DNA of 64,000 nt from Tubiluchus corallicola (taxonomy: Eukaryota > Animalia > Priapulida). The stretch is taken from contig JAQGDQ010000192.1 of NCBI GenBank assembly GCA_030141605.1, forward strand, positions 348,282-412,281. The letters run 5' to 3'. The position numbers and the translations under genes were made by a program. The notes beneath the pieces are model-generated. The model searched no databases and was not told where the DNA came from. It was given only the letters and a program-made list of their open reading frames with translations. Shown here piece after piece: positions 41,751 to 56,369 of this stretch (positions within the stretch are counted from its first letter, which is position 1; each line of letters begins with the position of its first letter).

Positions 41751-43157
41751 CAGGATTGTCAGCTACCCATTCTGTATACCACCTGCGCTGTCGCAAATCT
41801 TGTGTTGGCAGAGTGTGCCAGTAGCTCGGTCAGTACTAACTGCATTTTTATCCGGCAGGCTTCCCTTTATAATCACCGCCTCGTCGTTAACGAAGACGAG
41901 CTGCTCATTATAAGGCACTTTTGTCTATGCCGCCGGCACAACTGCTCACAATTTAGCAATAATAACCATAGTTATATCTTTATTATTAATGCAGCACGGA
42001 CCTATTATCTAGGAAATCACAGGTGTAGCTTTAGGAAAAAACTCAGCTTGCAATCAATAAATGCGTAGTTGACTCAAAGCACGTAATCTGTCTCGCTGTT
42101 GCGTGCTGACTTTTGCAAACATAAGCACTTCAATGCTCGCATTACGTGGCGTGAAACGGAAAAGGCAAAGACATTAATTTGACATCACAATGTGGTTACT
42201 CGTGATGTAAAGGAAATGCATATTTCTGTGTCAGATTCCCTAAAATCAGTAGTGAATAAATTTGTGTTAAGCTGCTTTAGGATGACCTTTCCCTCTTGGA
42301 AGTGCTTGTCCTGTTAAAGGAAAAAATCAATTTGTGCTAGAAAATTTGGTTGAGAATAGTTTTTCTTATAATAACTGTGGCAGCTGAGTAGATAGGTGTT
42401 GTGCAAATTGTGTATTATTGTTTTAACTGCACACAAAATTACTTACAGTAGCAGTCAAGACAGTAATATATTGCTCATATTTAAAAAGCTTGCAGTTATA
42501 TAAAATCCAGCTAATCCACTACACTGCACTACTGCGCTAAACTACAGAAGCTGTAACTGCTGAACAAGCTAACAACTAAACTGTCTAAATTTTTTTTATT
42601 GACTTGTGTCTTTTGCTTAATTGTCTGATGTTTTTGTATTTAAATGTAAATTTGTGTACGATTGATTGCGTCATATAACGGTACTTGAAATGTGCGAGCA
42701 ATAACAGATAGGATGAATGGTGACAGTGGGGAGCGTGGGCAGTGACTGTGGGTGTTAATAAGTATTACGGCAATTTATTGAGGCAATTAGTGGAGACAAA
42801 ATATCATATGTTTATTCTGTAGCTTGAGTGGGTAATCAATAGTAAAAAACTGATAAATTCATATTGTCGAAAGCTGATCTCACATTGTAAAAATATTTCT
42901 TCCTCACAAACTTAATTCTTTAGAACAATATTAACTGAAACGCAATACGCCCATCATTGGGAATCGTAGGTCACAGCCTAGACATTTGCACTTATTTTGA
43001 GATACATCTTCGAGCAAAGAAAACACCTGTGTATTTTATCTGTATGGGTGTTATTTTGCTAAAAATACGTTTATATCTTTTGCAGGATATTGTCGTAGTG
43101 TGAGACACGAAACTGCAAAACTGCCAAGCAGACTCTCGGTATCCAACACAAATCCTA

Positions 43158-43593
43158 ATGGCCGATGTATCTGATGGTCTGTTCAAGGCAATTTTGTTCT
43201 TATCTCTTTTCTGTTATACATCGTGGGGCCATCTGTGGAATAGAAAGCTGCCATTGTACAATACAAATGACGTTGATTTATTTTTTAACCGTAGTACCGA
43301 ACATCCTCGTCATCACCAAAGAAAAACTGTACAACAAGCTAATAAAAATTCGTTGTACAACGTTAGGAATATATATTATCCGCAATTAGTTCACGGTTCT
43401 CCAGATAAAAGGACAAACGCTCGACAAATACCATCGAGGTACATCAATGGCAAATCTAATGTCGTTACATTGACAGACGAAGGTGGAGAACTAGTTGCAG
43501 AAATTAGGCCGAAGTATTACTCACCATTTACCGTTCACGCATTGTTAGACAATGACGTCCAGGCAAAATTTACCGTTAGAAAAAGAATGATAT
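43158..43593 (+). CDS. Candidate orphan secreted protein, first coding exon
   Basis: Acceptor tttatatctttgcag at 43085; ATG in aATGG context; 145 open codons with signal-peptide-like MADVSDGLFKAILFLSLFCYTSWG; strong donor t|gtaagt at 43594. Confidence 0.6.
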
Positions 43594-44050
43594 GTAAGTA
43601 CAATTTATCAGTCTATGGATGGTTTGTGTGAATAAAATTCAATTCATCTAATAGTATGCGAGTCAAAAACTGTGTTTCTGCATTGTCTCAGGATCCTCTG
43701 GCATTACAGTCATCCGACTCTTTTCTGTTCGGGAGAATATCGGCTATTCAATCATGCTATTTGCTTAAGCATTTATAAATGATTTAACTGGACAAAATTA
43801 AGAAATACGCCTTTTTCAGGCACTCCAACTTAGCTTACCAAGTAGCTTAGTCTGGTGTACACTTGCATGATCGTTCACACTATTTTATTGAATTCCTGCT
43901 TGCTACAGCCCAAGGAACTGTTTGCATCTTATACAATAAAAAATTTAACGTAGATACAAATAACTTAAAATGGTTTAATTATTGTTAAGATAACATTTTA
44001 AGTCAATGCAGAAGCTCGTTGGTGTGATTGTTTCCATTCTGTTCTGTTAG

Positions 44051-44241
44051 CTCTCACTAAAGTGCCTTTCGATCAGCACTCGCAACAATACTGGCAGAAA
44101 AACGCAAAAAGGAATTCACTTTATTCAGCGTCAAGAAATGTAAAACGTGAAAGTGATGCTATAGGGTCAGATGGTATTAAAAGTAAACAATCGGTTAAAG
44201 ATCGATCCTTGCCAAATGCGATTATACACAAAATTACTTGA
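44051..44241 (+). CDS. Candidate orphan secreted protein, second coding exon
   Basis: Acceptor tttccattctgttctgttag. The phase-1 join stays open for 63 codons: SLTKVPFDQHSQQYWQKNAKRNSLYSASRNVKRESDAIG...IIHKIT*. The 3' end is uncertain. Confidence 0.45.
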
Positions 44242-44452
44242 GACAAAGTTGTCAAAAGGAAAAATGATAAAGATTTAAGTAAAAAGGTTGAGGAAAGTGG
44301 TCTAGAAAATTTAAACATCGAACACTTGTATGGATTGTTTGTGCTTGAAGTATTTAACGATTAAATTACAAAAATACAAACGAGAGGCAAACTACTTACA
44401 CGGATTGCTTCACTCATTATTTCGGTGATAAATGATCTATCTAGGTGGAGCA

Positions 44453-44608
44453 GTTTTGTTTGGAAAGATGATTCAGAAGAAGATTTTTAGTTTGTAAAGG
44501 TAGTTCGATTTTTGGTTTGGAAAGATAATTCAGGAAGAAGATTTTTAGTTTGGAAAGTTAGTTCTGCAAGAAGATTTTTAGTTTGGAAAGATAGTTCGGT
44601 AAGAAGAT
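44453..44608 (+). repeat. 33-bp tandem repeat (4-5 copies)
   Basis: Unit agaagatttttagtttggaaagatagttcNNNa. Confidence 0.9.
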
Positions 44609-45057
44609 CAGCTTGTTTTTTTTTGAGACTCGGGAAAAACATTTCTGCGAAACTGATAAATCCGAAGCCTCTGCAGCTGGTTTCTAATATCAAGATGGGC
44701 AACAAAAATATAGAAAGTGCAGATTTCACTTTTGAGACGTTCAAGCACACAGAATGACTGCCAAGAATAAAAAACAGCTAAGGTTTTTGCAACTAAATAT
44801 ATAAAATGTCAAAATACCCAAAATTATGTGCTTCTGCATCTATGTGTTCAGAATTCAGGGTAACATGTATGTTCCGGATGTCAACGGTAGGAAAACTTTT
44901 GACGAAATAGTTATCAATAACGCTTCCATACGCACCAGAATAAACTATTTACACTGGTGTTTTAGAAGGAAGTAGCAATTATGGTTTAAAACTTTGCAGT
45001 GTCCTAACTAAAAGTCGCCAGATTCTGAATTATCATTATAAAAGAAACGTTTTTCCA

Positions 45058-45447
<390 letters not shown>

Positions 45448-47929
45448 TAATGCCAAGAGGCATTATAGCCTCAATAGTTTTATAGACTACCAGCAATTAT
45501 GTCCTTATTACACTTATAGCTGACAGCATCCTCTATTACACCAAGATTATTAGATTTTCAGTTATTAGCACTGCATATTGTGGCTGTAAGCTTATGATGT
45601 TTTTAATCATTACTCAGCAGACTTGCGTGTCTACATCCGTACTGTAATGAGCTCAAATCTGATTTGTTATCTCCTTAAGAGTATTTTCATGTCATAATCC
45701 CTAGTATTTTGATGCAAAGTGTGCTGATCACTTTTGAGAAGTTTCCGGGAGCCGAGGAAAACGAATTTTTTGGCGACACTTCAATCAACAATATAATGGT
45801 CGGATTTTGTACAGATCTAAATAGATCTACGATGTAGAGTAAAAAATGCTAGCAGTGGTTTGTTAGAGATATTTAAGAAAAAACGCTTACATGAACAATT
45901 TTCCTCCAACTAAAAATAAATGACATTTTCATATTCGATGTTTATGGCGATTCTCAGTTTAGTGACCATAAATTCAAAATTTCAAGTATGTTTCAAGTTT
46001 ATCAATTTGTGCAGAGCAAACGGGGGAGGGGGGGCTTGTGTGTGAGGCAAAATGCATTGTAAAAATGTTATGAAACCATTCGACATTTTTTTATATATTT
46101 TTTTTTATTTTGCCAACAGTGCTGATTTCACATTCAACTAAAGCTGAAGTAAGTTTGACACTGCTAGTGCAATGTAAAGTAAATTGTATTGATGGACAAA
46201 ACATTATATGGATGGACAAATCATATCCAAAAATGCTAGAACAAGACGAACTTTTTAGGTTTTCGGAATTTTGAGCAGATAAGGTCGAAACTCAAGATCA
46301 GTCTAACAATATTCACATATAATGGGCTTGGGTGGACAAGGTGGTCAAGGTTATAAATTTTAGAAAATGTAATGTAATAGTATGGTTCTTTTGTGAGAGA
46401 TAAATATTTTGAAATACAGCAAATAAAAGAAAAAGTAATAACACTATGCATGGTGACATCATGCCATCTTGGAGATCCAAAATCGCTAAAAGTCGTGTAA
46501 TGCAAAATTTAAACGGCAGTAAACAAATTATTAAAAAATATTCAAACAAAATTTCTCGCAATTCCAGTGGGATTTGAGATACCAAACATGGTTGCTGCAG
46601 CAAACAGACACCGGAAGAAACCTTTAGTGGACAGAAATGGTTTGAAAACGTTTCCACTATCAAATCAGCGTAACTTGTTGCTCTTACGACAATTGCAGAG
46701 AAAAATGAAAACCAGTGGAGGAAGGTAGTTTGGAGCAAAATAAGGTAATAAACGTTTTATTAAAGAAAGGCTGTCCCTGTCTAATAGCTTACTAAAAATG
46801 AAAGTATTAGATATGCATTTCTAAATTATTCATTTAGTTTTAAAATTTATTTGAAAATTAATTTTAATTTATCATTCTTTAAATTAACTTAATTAGCATC
46901 TTTTCAGTTTATCAATCTTTTAGTTTGTATATTATTTGTAATTTTCATAGTGCATGTTATTAGTATGTTATTAGTGTTAGTGTAATTTTTGTTATTTATA
47001 TAACATTTTTGTGCGCAGAAATAAATTTTAAAGGGTGGGTGGGTGAAATCTGTAGTACGATAGGTTTCTGGAAATAAAGATCAATCTAAATTAGCAGCTG
47101 TGGATCAGGTAGTGGAAATCAACTTGTTCAAAAGAGATCAGCTAGCTAGTGGCTTCTTTATTAGCGCGAAAAATGAATGCCGTCAAGCACATTGCCTCCT
47201 TGACCTTTTTGACAAAGATGTCTGGTGTATATGTCACTTTGTAAGTTCTTTGCTGAACGCCGCAGGGGGTATTAAACTATCAAAATCACATTGGATTATC
47301 TTCGATTAATAGACGCTTCTAGCCGAAGTTTGCCAATGCGATGATGTGGAACTGAACGCTCCCAGTTGAGTGAGCAGCAAAGAACTTATCATTAGTCATC
47401 TTGGACTTTCAGTTTCCGTTTTGTAGGATGAAAATTACTACTAGAGACTGGTGGACTGCCCACTTCCTTCCTTAATCACGCATTATTTTTTAGGAATTAA
47501 CAAAAATATTGGACTGCTCTCCACTTTTAGTGGAGGCAGGGCGGATGGCACCGCGGCCTACACCGTGCGGCATGTCTCAACTAAGTCAATGCCAAACCAA
47601 AACCAAAATCAATAATAAAATCAAAATGACAATTTATTATAAAATATTACAAATAGCTTACCGAACAGAGTAGAATAGAGCAAAGCCTGTGAAAAGTGAA
47701 CAGAACTGAGATGAGACGACCACTGACCAGGATCTACAGCAGACCTACCCCTTTTTAAGCTCAGGTGTGCACGTGACTAGTGGCTCCCACTAACACAAGG
47801 TCAGAATAAGAGTCTATGTGTTAGTTAAAGCCACGTTCACACGCACACCTGAGAAGTCTGCTGTATTCCCCTGCCAGTATTACACTATCTCATCACAGCC
47901 CTGCAGTACAATATTATAATGGACCGGCA

Positions 47930-48003
47930 TGAATAGACCGGCAGTTGAACCCGTGACCTCCTAGGTGGGAAGCAAGTACGCTATCATTGAGCTACGCCAC
48001 CCG
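47930..48003 (-). mobile_element. tRNA-like head of SINE family A
   Basis: gtggcgtagctcaatgatagcgtacttgcttccca...cgggttcaac matches the 33995 head. Confidence 0.7.
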
Positions 48004-50309
48004 GTGTAAAATGTATTTGTAATATGTATAAATATTTGTGTAAAAAGCTGCTAAATAACGAAAAGGAAAACTAAAACACAATAGTCCAATATTCGCAAAC
48101 CATAAGACACAAAGCTAGTGCGACGATATGTGGATTGCACCATTGTTTGTAAACAATCAGAAGAAAGGCCTTGGGTAAGCAATTTTAGACAATTAAAATG
48201 ATTCGTTGGCTTTCAAAACGTTCCAACAAAATGTTTACTGAAAGGAATCAAAACTATGTTCAAATAACGGATTAGCGTAATTTGAACATGCGAACATTAG
48301 TCAAGTTTTCTGTCGTTGAAAAAATGCGTTATCTTTATGGTAATGAGAAAGAAGCAAAAAACCAGATGCCCTTTAAACATAAAAGCCGTATCTGAAAATT
48401 AAAGGCCTAGATTACCCCCACCAGACAATGAATTTTTTTTATGATTATAATTATGATTACATAAATACATCATAGTTATTATTAAACAAAAGAATCTTAC
48501 AAATTAAATAACTTATCTTTATTGACGAATTTCGATCGCGTGCATTGCCGGAAAGATCGCCACGTTTCGCGTGTTTGGCGCTAGTGAGCGAGAATGACGT
48601 ACGTAGTGCAGAAAGCGTCTTTGGTTACCGATTTTTGTTGTCGGTTCTTTGGTGACCTCGTACTGTACTGATAATGTCATTCGTTTCGCCCAACGAAAAA
48701 TAGCGGTTCTTCAAATTTAATACTGCTAACAACAAAGTGATTAGAAATGTAAAGAAACAAATTTTACAATAGGTTGATAACAAAATAAATTGAATATTTC
48801 GTAATGAGAGTAGGATTTTAAGTTGTAAAAGCTTATACTATAGTGAGGGTTTAGTTTGTCTTTAATGTCAGTGTCTGACTATAATCAACATAAAGACTTT
48901 TCGATTGCTTTATGCATACCCATATTGTAGTCGAAACTTGTGATAAAGGCAGTAAATCTCATCTCTTATATCTCTGAGTGGGCGATATAGCCCTGTTTGT
49001 TGTTAGACTTCATTTTCTACATCACCAGTCAAACGAAGTAACTTTCTGCGGTCACTCGACATCTCTTTAAGCTTGTAAATGATGCAAACCAGAAATTTTC
49101 TGCTCCAATCAATTCTCTGCTCCGTGTTAATGTTTCACGCGTGCGCTTCGTTTATACTAATCTAATATTTTTCGGGAAGAATTTCACGCATGCTTAACAT
49201 ACCCCAAACTTAGGCTACGCCCGCTTTTACAAGTTCTAGCAGCCTCAACAAGATATGTGTTAACTGTCTTTTTAAAAGCAATTTTCTATATAGATGCTGT
49301 TATTTCAAGTTACTACTAGAAATAAGCTACAGTTATGGTCACAAGCTAGCTGCCAATTGTACTTACAATTACTTTGCAAAAGTAGTACTAGTAGACCATT
49401 AGCCAGACTAAATATCGGTTTCATCTCAGGGGGAGAAAATTGCAGTTTATTAATTTCTTATACATTTCTAGATTTTGTTTTTAAATGATAAACCTTGCCA
49501 AATGCTAGCTTATTGCTGATACGGGCCAATTTCTGGGAAGCCTCCAAAAAGCCATATTAGGGCAAATTTTTGCATGGTAAAAAGGGGCTACACAATGTTG
49601 TAACCATGTAGGTATTAAACGCTTACTTTGTTTAGTATTATGCTATAAACTGTTGCAGTCAACTGCAGAGTAGTAGAAAAACATTTTAAGTGGCCCGTCA
49701 TGATGTACTGCCCTAAGAACTGTCCGATCTCAGAATAGCCCAAAAAGGTATTTATTGAGACCCTGTTCATTTTTCCTAGGAATGTTTTTTCCTACTGTGA
49801 GTATATATCAATGCAGTGTACTACTCTCAACATTGTTACACAAAGTCCCAATATTAGTGGTTATTCAGAGTGTGGCAGAAGTTGGGCACGGGACATTTAG
49901 GGAAACCACACCCGAAAAGCTACGTTTGCTTAAATATATTGATGTTCAAATAGAACGTTTCACTACCAACATCAGTACCATGTAGGTAACCACAGCGATT
50001 ATCAAAATAATACATTGCATTCATTTTTATTGGACAATTATTGCCAAATTCGCGATACAACACCCCCATCTCATTCGATTGTAACTAAAAATATGTTAAC
50101 AGCCAACTTTTAAAGCAGCCTTTTTATTTTTAGCACCTTAAATCTTTCCAGTTTATGCAATGAATAATGGACGAGAAAGAGGGTAATAATAGAAATTTGA
50201 TACTCGGAAAACATATATTTCTTAATACTGTCAGTAGATTACATTAGGGGTTTTTAAATGAAAGCATAGTGTGATACCAAATGCCGCGGAACAATACCAC
50301 AAGGCTTGC

Positions 50310-50720
<411 letters not shown>

Positions 50721-51099
50721 AAAGTAATTTAATAAGTGTTCAAAAAAACAAAAGCACAAAATATAACATATCCAAAACTTAGTGTAAACCTAAGACGAGT
50801 AAAGAAAATGTTATTATTTTGTAATCTGTGCAATTTTAATAATGATTATTATTATTATTAAATTCGCACATATATTTTATTTTATACATTTCAGACATAA
50901 AGCAAGAATAAAATCAAAGCACGAGTAAATACGCACAGAATTAGTTTTCAGAAAGCGTAGTAATCTTATTTACAAGAAAATGTTAGTTAGTGTGGGTATA
51001 TAAGATTGTTTGCGACGACCTAAAATGTCTGATTTAAAATTGTATGAGTGTTGTACAGAAAGTTTCAAGAGAGGCTACTTCTGGGACTAAATACAGCTT

Positions 51100-51900
51100 T
51101 TCTACATATGCAGGAAAAGCTAGGTACATTGTAGCTAACATAGGTTACATATGGCTACAGCGAGTAGGAATACTAAAGAGCCCTCTAATGGCATTAATAA
51201 CAGTTAATGTGCATTGCCGCATTGTTTCAATGTTTCCTTTATCATCTTTAAACCAGGGACTAATCACAAATCACATCGTTAAATCACAATAAAGCTGTGT
51301 ACAAATGCTAAAAATGCCTTCTCTTAATATCAACAGAACAGTTTTTAAATGTCCTAATAATAAAATTGAATGTTTCACATAATAAACCACGTTCATCATT
51401 AATATCAAGATTATCATGTAATGCGTTGGTCAATATATGACCCAATTGCTTCTGATCATTAACAATCTTAATTACCTGATTTGTGCAATAATACCAATAG
51501 TAAAGTAAACTAACCTTAAAGACAGAAAGACCACAATGTAATGCTTCCTAAACAGCTTCATGTGGTTAATTCTATGAAATGCTTTACTAACACCCAAGAA
51601 GCAAATGTAAAACGGAGTGATGATTTAATATTTACATACCAACGAAGCTAGAAAATATACGTGTACGAAAATTCTTACAAACATTTTAATGAATGCTGGC
51701 CTAGCAAGGAACTGAGATTTAGGTTACAGTCCTCTTCCAAAATAGCATTTTCAAGAACACATATTGTCTTAGAAACATATTGCCCTCTACTACATGCATT
51801 ATAGTCGTCTAAACCTTTCTAAGGTGTATATTAAAAACCGACGTATCCCGGAAAGGTTTTTGGCAAATGCTAAATAAGGTCACCCTCACAAATTGCGGCC
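51100..51900 (-). mobile_element. Decayed LINE RT fragment
   Basis: Minus-strand FLGVSKAFHRINHMKLFRK at about 51545-51600 (D..KAFD.V.H..L motif); the surrounding frame is disrupted. Confidence 0.55.
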
Positions 51901-52849
51901 AAAATGACATCCAAAATAACACCTCCAACGCGGATGGATTCAACTAATTATGAAAAAGCAAGTAAAACAAAGTTGTTCCTACGCTGTATAATAATTAGTA
52001 CAATTAGCAGTTTTTGAAAAGGCGCCTAACAAGCCGTGATGCAGGAAACTGTGTAGATTACTGTGATGACTGTTAATTATGATACTTTGTCAAGTCTCCT
52101 CTAGGTGGCTCTAAAAATAATAAAGTTGTCATAGCAACGGTACAAGTGAACTAGCTCGTTATTATTATTTTTCTCAAACGCCGCCAAGCTGGTTGAAGCT
52201 GCATTAGCAGCGGCTTATATTATTATATTATGCTGCACACTCGCAAGCAGAAAAACAACATAATAATTTTTAATATAGCGTGCTTCAGCTTTCTATTGGC
52301 AAATTTATTATATAATACCAATTTGCTGTGTCATTTTTACTGAAATAATTGAGGCGCAAAAACTGCACATCCAACGTGTATGAAGCTTTGCTTCTACTTT
52401 TGCATCGAATTGTTGATTAAAAGAATAATGTATAATATAAGTATTATGTTTTTAAAAGTAGTAAGAACGAATCGGATGTAGAGAGTGTTCGGTATCCCTA
52501 TCCTGACCCCTGAGCCCCGAACTTTTCCTAAACCTGAACCATGGATCTTATTCGTTCAATCCTGTCCCGAACCCCGTTCCCGAACTTCTCCTCCTCGTGT
52601 ACTCGGAACGACCCGGAACTCGACCCGGAACTTTAAAAGTCTGTAATGTTTGGAAAACAACGTTAACTTCAGGTTTTTTTAAAAATCGAATGAGAAAAAT
52701 GAGCCTTTTACCAAATTAGTCGATTATTACTTAATTGATTGTTCATTCATTTGTTTGTTCATTAATTTCTTTCCGCAGCTTAGCCGCCTGCCACCGTCAC
52801 TCACACCCAATAAATTCTTTCACCAATCCATACACTGTCAATTAAAATG

Positions 52850-53235
52850 CTACTTAACTACCATGCTATTAACCCCTAACGCTTCCCAACCACTGTGTTT
52901 TCAACGACTAACACTGCCCAACTACTGCGCTATCAACCACTAACGCAACCCACACACTATGCTATCAACCGCTGGCACTACCCAACCATCGTGTTTTAAA
53001 CCAGTAACGCTATGCAACTACCATGACAGCAACCAGTAACGCTACCCAACCGCCTCGACATCCACCCAGTCACCACTAACACTACCTAATTACCACTCTT
53101 ATCAACCACTAACGCTACCCATCTACTGTGCTATCAACCACTTACGCTACCTAACCACTGCGCTATCAACGACTAACACTATCCAACCCTATGCTATCAA
53201 TCACTAACGCTACCTAACCACCATGCTATCAACCT
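52850..53235 (+). repeat. 32-bp minisatellite (~12 degenerate copies)
   Basis: Unit actaacgctacccaaccactgtgctatcaacc, period 32 (e.g. 53108, 53140). Confidence 0.9.
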
Positions 53236-54120
53236 GTATTGCTACTCGCCCAACAATAATCAATAATGTGCACATTTTCCACGTAATGTTGTAATAATTA
53301 TGGGAATGAAACATAATTTCATGGGATATTTTGCTAGTGTTACAAGATGTTGACTGTTTAACAAAATTTTCATTTTTTGGACAGTTGACTGGATAATAAT
53401 CAGTAGACTGTTACACTTTTTCCGTAAATCTGTCAGACTTTCATTATGTTTAAAGTTTGTTGTACATCACATTTTTTAGGTGTTGTTAAAGTTGTTTTAA
53501 TAGTTCCAAAGTGACATTTGCTGTTATTATGTTGTTTAGAAGGACTTGGAATTCCTTACATGGTGAAGGAAAAAAATCGAAATTCTTGGATCTCCCAAAC
53601 GTATGATTTTAACAAGTTTGGCAGAGGCATTCGCAGCAACGCGTTGGCCATTTTTCAGCTTGTAGACGAAAACTGACGGGAAAAGGAAATTTAAATCAAA
53701 CAGCTACTGACGCCTCACCAAAACTCAGCCTTCCAGTACTTGTAGGTCTACTTTAGTTGCAGTTCGTCTTCATGTTTCATTTGAAAAGGAGAAAATTCTT
53801 GGGTTACTTATAACGATAAGGCAAGTACGAAATACAGAATATTTTATTTGCGCCAATAATATAAAAACACCTAAAATAACAAGTAATATGACAGCCAAGA
53901 GAGAGGGTGGCGAAAAGACCGAACGGTAATCTGGTCTACCACCCCCTTAAGGTTTGATACGAATGCTTTCGGCGATGAAAATTTGAGTAATAATTGCAGA
54001 CGTCGGAAGACAGCTTGACTCTGGAGTCTGCATTGGGTAGGTTTGCATGCGATTATGGTGTAAGGTACCATTTTCAGGTACATGTATTAGGCCTGTAGAA
54101 GCACCATTTATCTCTAATTA

Positions 54121-55572
54121 GGGGCCGGTTTCACAAAGCCATGACCAGGTTAACGACATCATTATTACAGGCTTCTGCCTTGTTACAGGTAATAACTCCT
54201 GTCTATATAATTATGTATCTCAGTGTATAGTTTTTCCATTCAAATGTGGATGCGCGTAACATCAAATGTGGCAACAATGATATTGATTCTGTGACGAGTA
54301 GCGACATGTGTGCTTTAGATCATTCAAATGTGACTTAGCGATCTAACGCGACAGGTTGGAAATTACAACTATACACATTTTTATTATTTCGTTAGTTCAA
54401 ATTTACTAATTTTTGGCCAAAGTTTACCATTCCCCATACACAAGAAATTAGTTCGTGAAATGGATTGGGATTATGGTTAGGATTAGCATTACGGTTAGAG
54501 TTAGGATTGGGGTTAGCCCGGTTAGGGTCACCGTTAGGGCTAGGGTTAGGGTCAGGGTATTTAAATTGTGTAGGGAATTGTAAGCTCCCATATTTTTCAT
54601 CTATGTAACTGTTGATTAGGCGTGAAAATACCAAAAGCCTTTTTAATGGTATATGCATAGGGGAAATAAGAATGCCGTCATGGTTCAATGCAAAAAGAAC
54701 ACGCCTACGGGGTGGCCTGGTAGTCAGATTTCGGGGAAGATTTGCATGCTCTTGACAGCTAGGCTACGCGTATGAACTTGTTGGCTTTGTTTTAAAACGT
54801 TATAACGTTTTGTATCTGTCATGTTTTGTTTGTTATGTGTTTGTTTTTGCTGTCATTCTGTCGTGAGTTGTGTAAGTTTTCGTTTTTTAAATAAAACTAC
54901 CTCTTTATATGTATTCAACTTATCGCAGGCCATTTCTCATGTCCAGCAAGAGAAGCCACGGCTTTGAAAATAGACCAAGGATATCAATGATTCCTTGTAA
55001 TTAATAAACGTGTTTTACAAATTAATTTCGACTGAGTTTTGCATTGTAAACTGCGAGCGGCAACAATGGTTAGCTGTCTAAGTATTTAGCAAAAACGTGT
55101 GTTTATCTTCAGGTTCTAGCAAATTAAAAAAACAATTACAAACTATATTTTCTTCAATTTTGAATTTTTGTAACATTTGTATGACCTATTTCACGACGTG
55201 GCCAGACGAATTTTACGAACAGATTTTTTTGTAATCGAATATAATGGTCCTAACACGCTTTCGTAGAATTTGAAGTGGCTGTTTTCTATATTTGGATAAC
55301 CAGTTGTCACATTTGGATGACCTATCCCATGGTCAAAAGAAAGTTTGTATTGTCACATTTCGTTATTCTATGTTAGATTTGATATTATGAACGTTCACAT
55401 TTGACTGAGAAGACCTAGTTTTTCATGTCACTGTATGTTTACTGTATTTTAAATAAATTTTAAGATATTTATATTATGTTGGTTTTAATTTCCACAAAAA
55501 CGTGTCAATTGCTGTTTATTACAATAGGTAAACTTGTAATAACGTTGTCATTAACTTTGTGAAACTGGGCTC
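54121..55572. mobile_element. Non-autonomous DNA transposon (Harbinger-like TIRs) with nested telomere-like repeat
   Basis: ggggccggtttcacaaag ... ctttgtgaaactgggctc. Three caaatgtg motifs on the left are mirrored by cacattt motifs on the right. Confidence 0.6.
54461..54558 (+). repeat. Degenerate (TTAGGG)-like hexamer array
   Basis: ggttaggattagc...ggttagggtcaccgttagggctagggttagggtcaggg. Confidence 0.8.
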
Positions 55573-56369
55573 AGGATTACTCTAGCAGGTGTCGCGACAG
55601 TAAAATAATGAAGTTATAAAAAGCAAAAATTTACAACATTGAATGTATTAAAGATGCAATAATGTATACAAAAACAAAATTCTACTTTATCATACTACAA
55701 AAAACACTTTTGAAAAACATTCTAAGTTCTGGTAAATTATAGTGTGCTTTCACTTCTTTGTGGTAAATAAAGTTTACAAAAATGTCGTGCGATGAAATAG
55801 AAAGTTGAGTGGAGTATAACAGAAAATGGTTTGAGTAAGCGTGTTCAGAAGATGTAAGTCAGTAATAAGATGAAAAATAGTCTGTTATATAGCTTTACTA
55901 ATTTACTACTATATAAATAAAAAGTTTATTTTTATAATAGCCTATCTTGTCGTAATACCGAATTCTGTGTAGCATATAGCGTTCAAAACAAAGCTTTGTT
56001 GTCACAATGAGAAAGTTTAGTGGATCTACTTGTGTGCAATAATAATAATATTGTAAATATATTGTAAGTTTTTCTTGCCGTTATTATAGTTAGTATAAAA
56101 ACTGTACAATTCTCATGAAAATCTTTCTGGGTTCTTTGGCCTTTTACATATTTTGATTAGTCTTTTGGCTTGTTTGTTAAATGCAATTAATTAAATAAAA
56201 TTAACAATAAAAATATCGAATAGCTGACATGAAAAGCACAGTATTATTGAATCATCTATCGTGAAAATAAGATAAAACAATTATATATGTAGGCTGCCGC
56301 CATTTAGGCAGACAAGATCGTGATCAGGCAATCGAAGAATTCTAGTGCACAAACCGAGCTTTTTACAAA

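Noticed and set aside
52850-53235. CRISPR-like array
   Set aside because: The 32-bp units are contiguous and degenerate with no unique spacers, the context is eukaryotic, and there are no cas genes.
54461-54558. True telomere or chromosome end
   Set aside because: The array is short, degenerate and embedded in an interspersed element.
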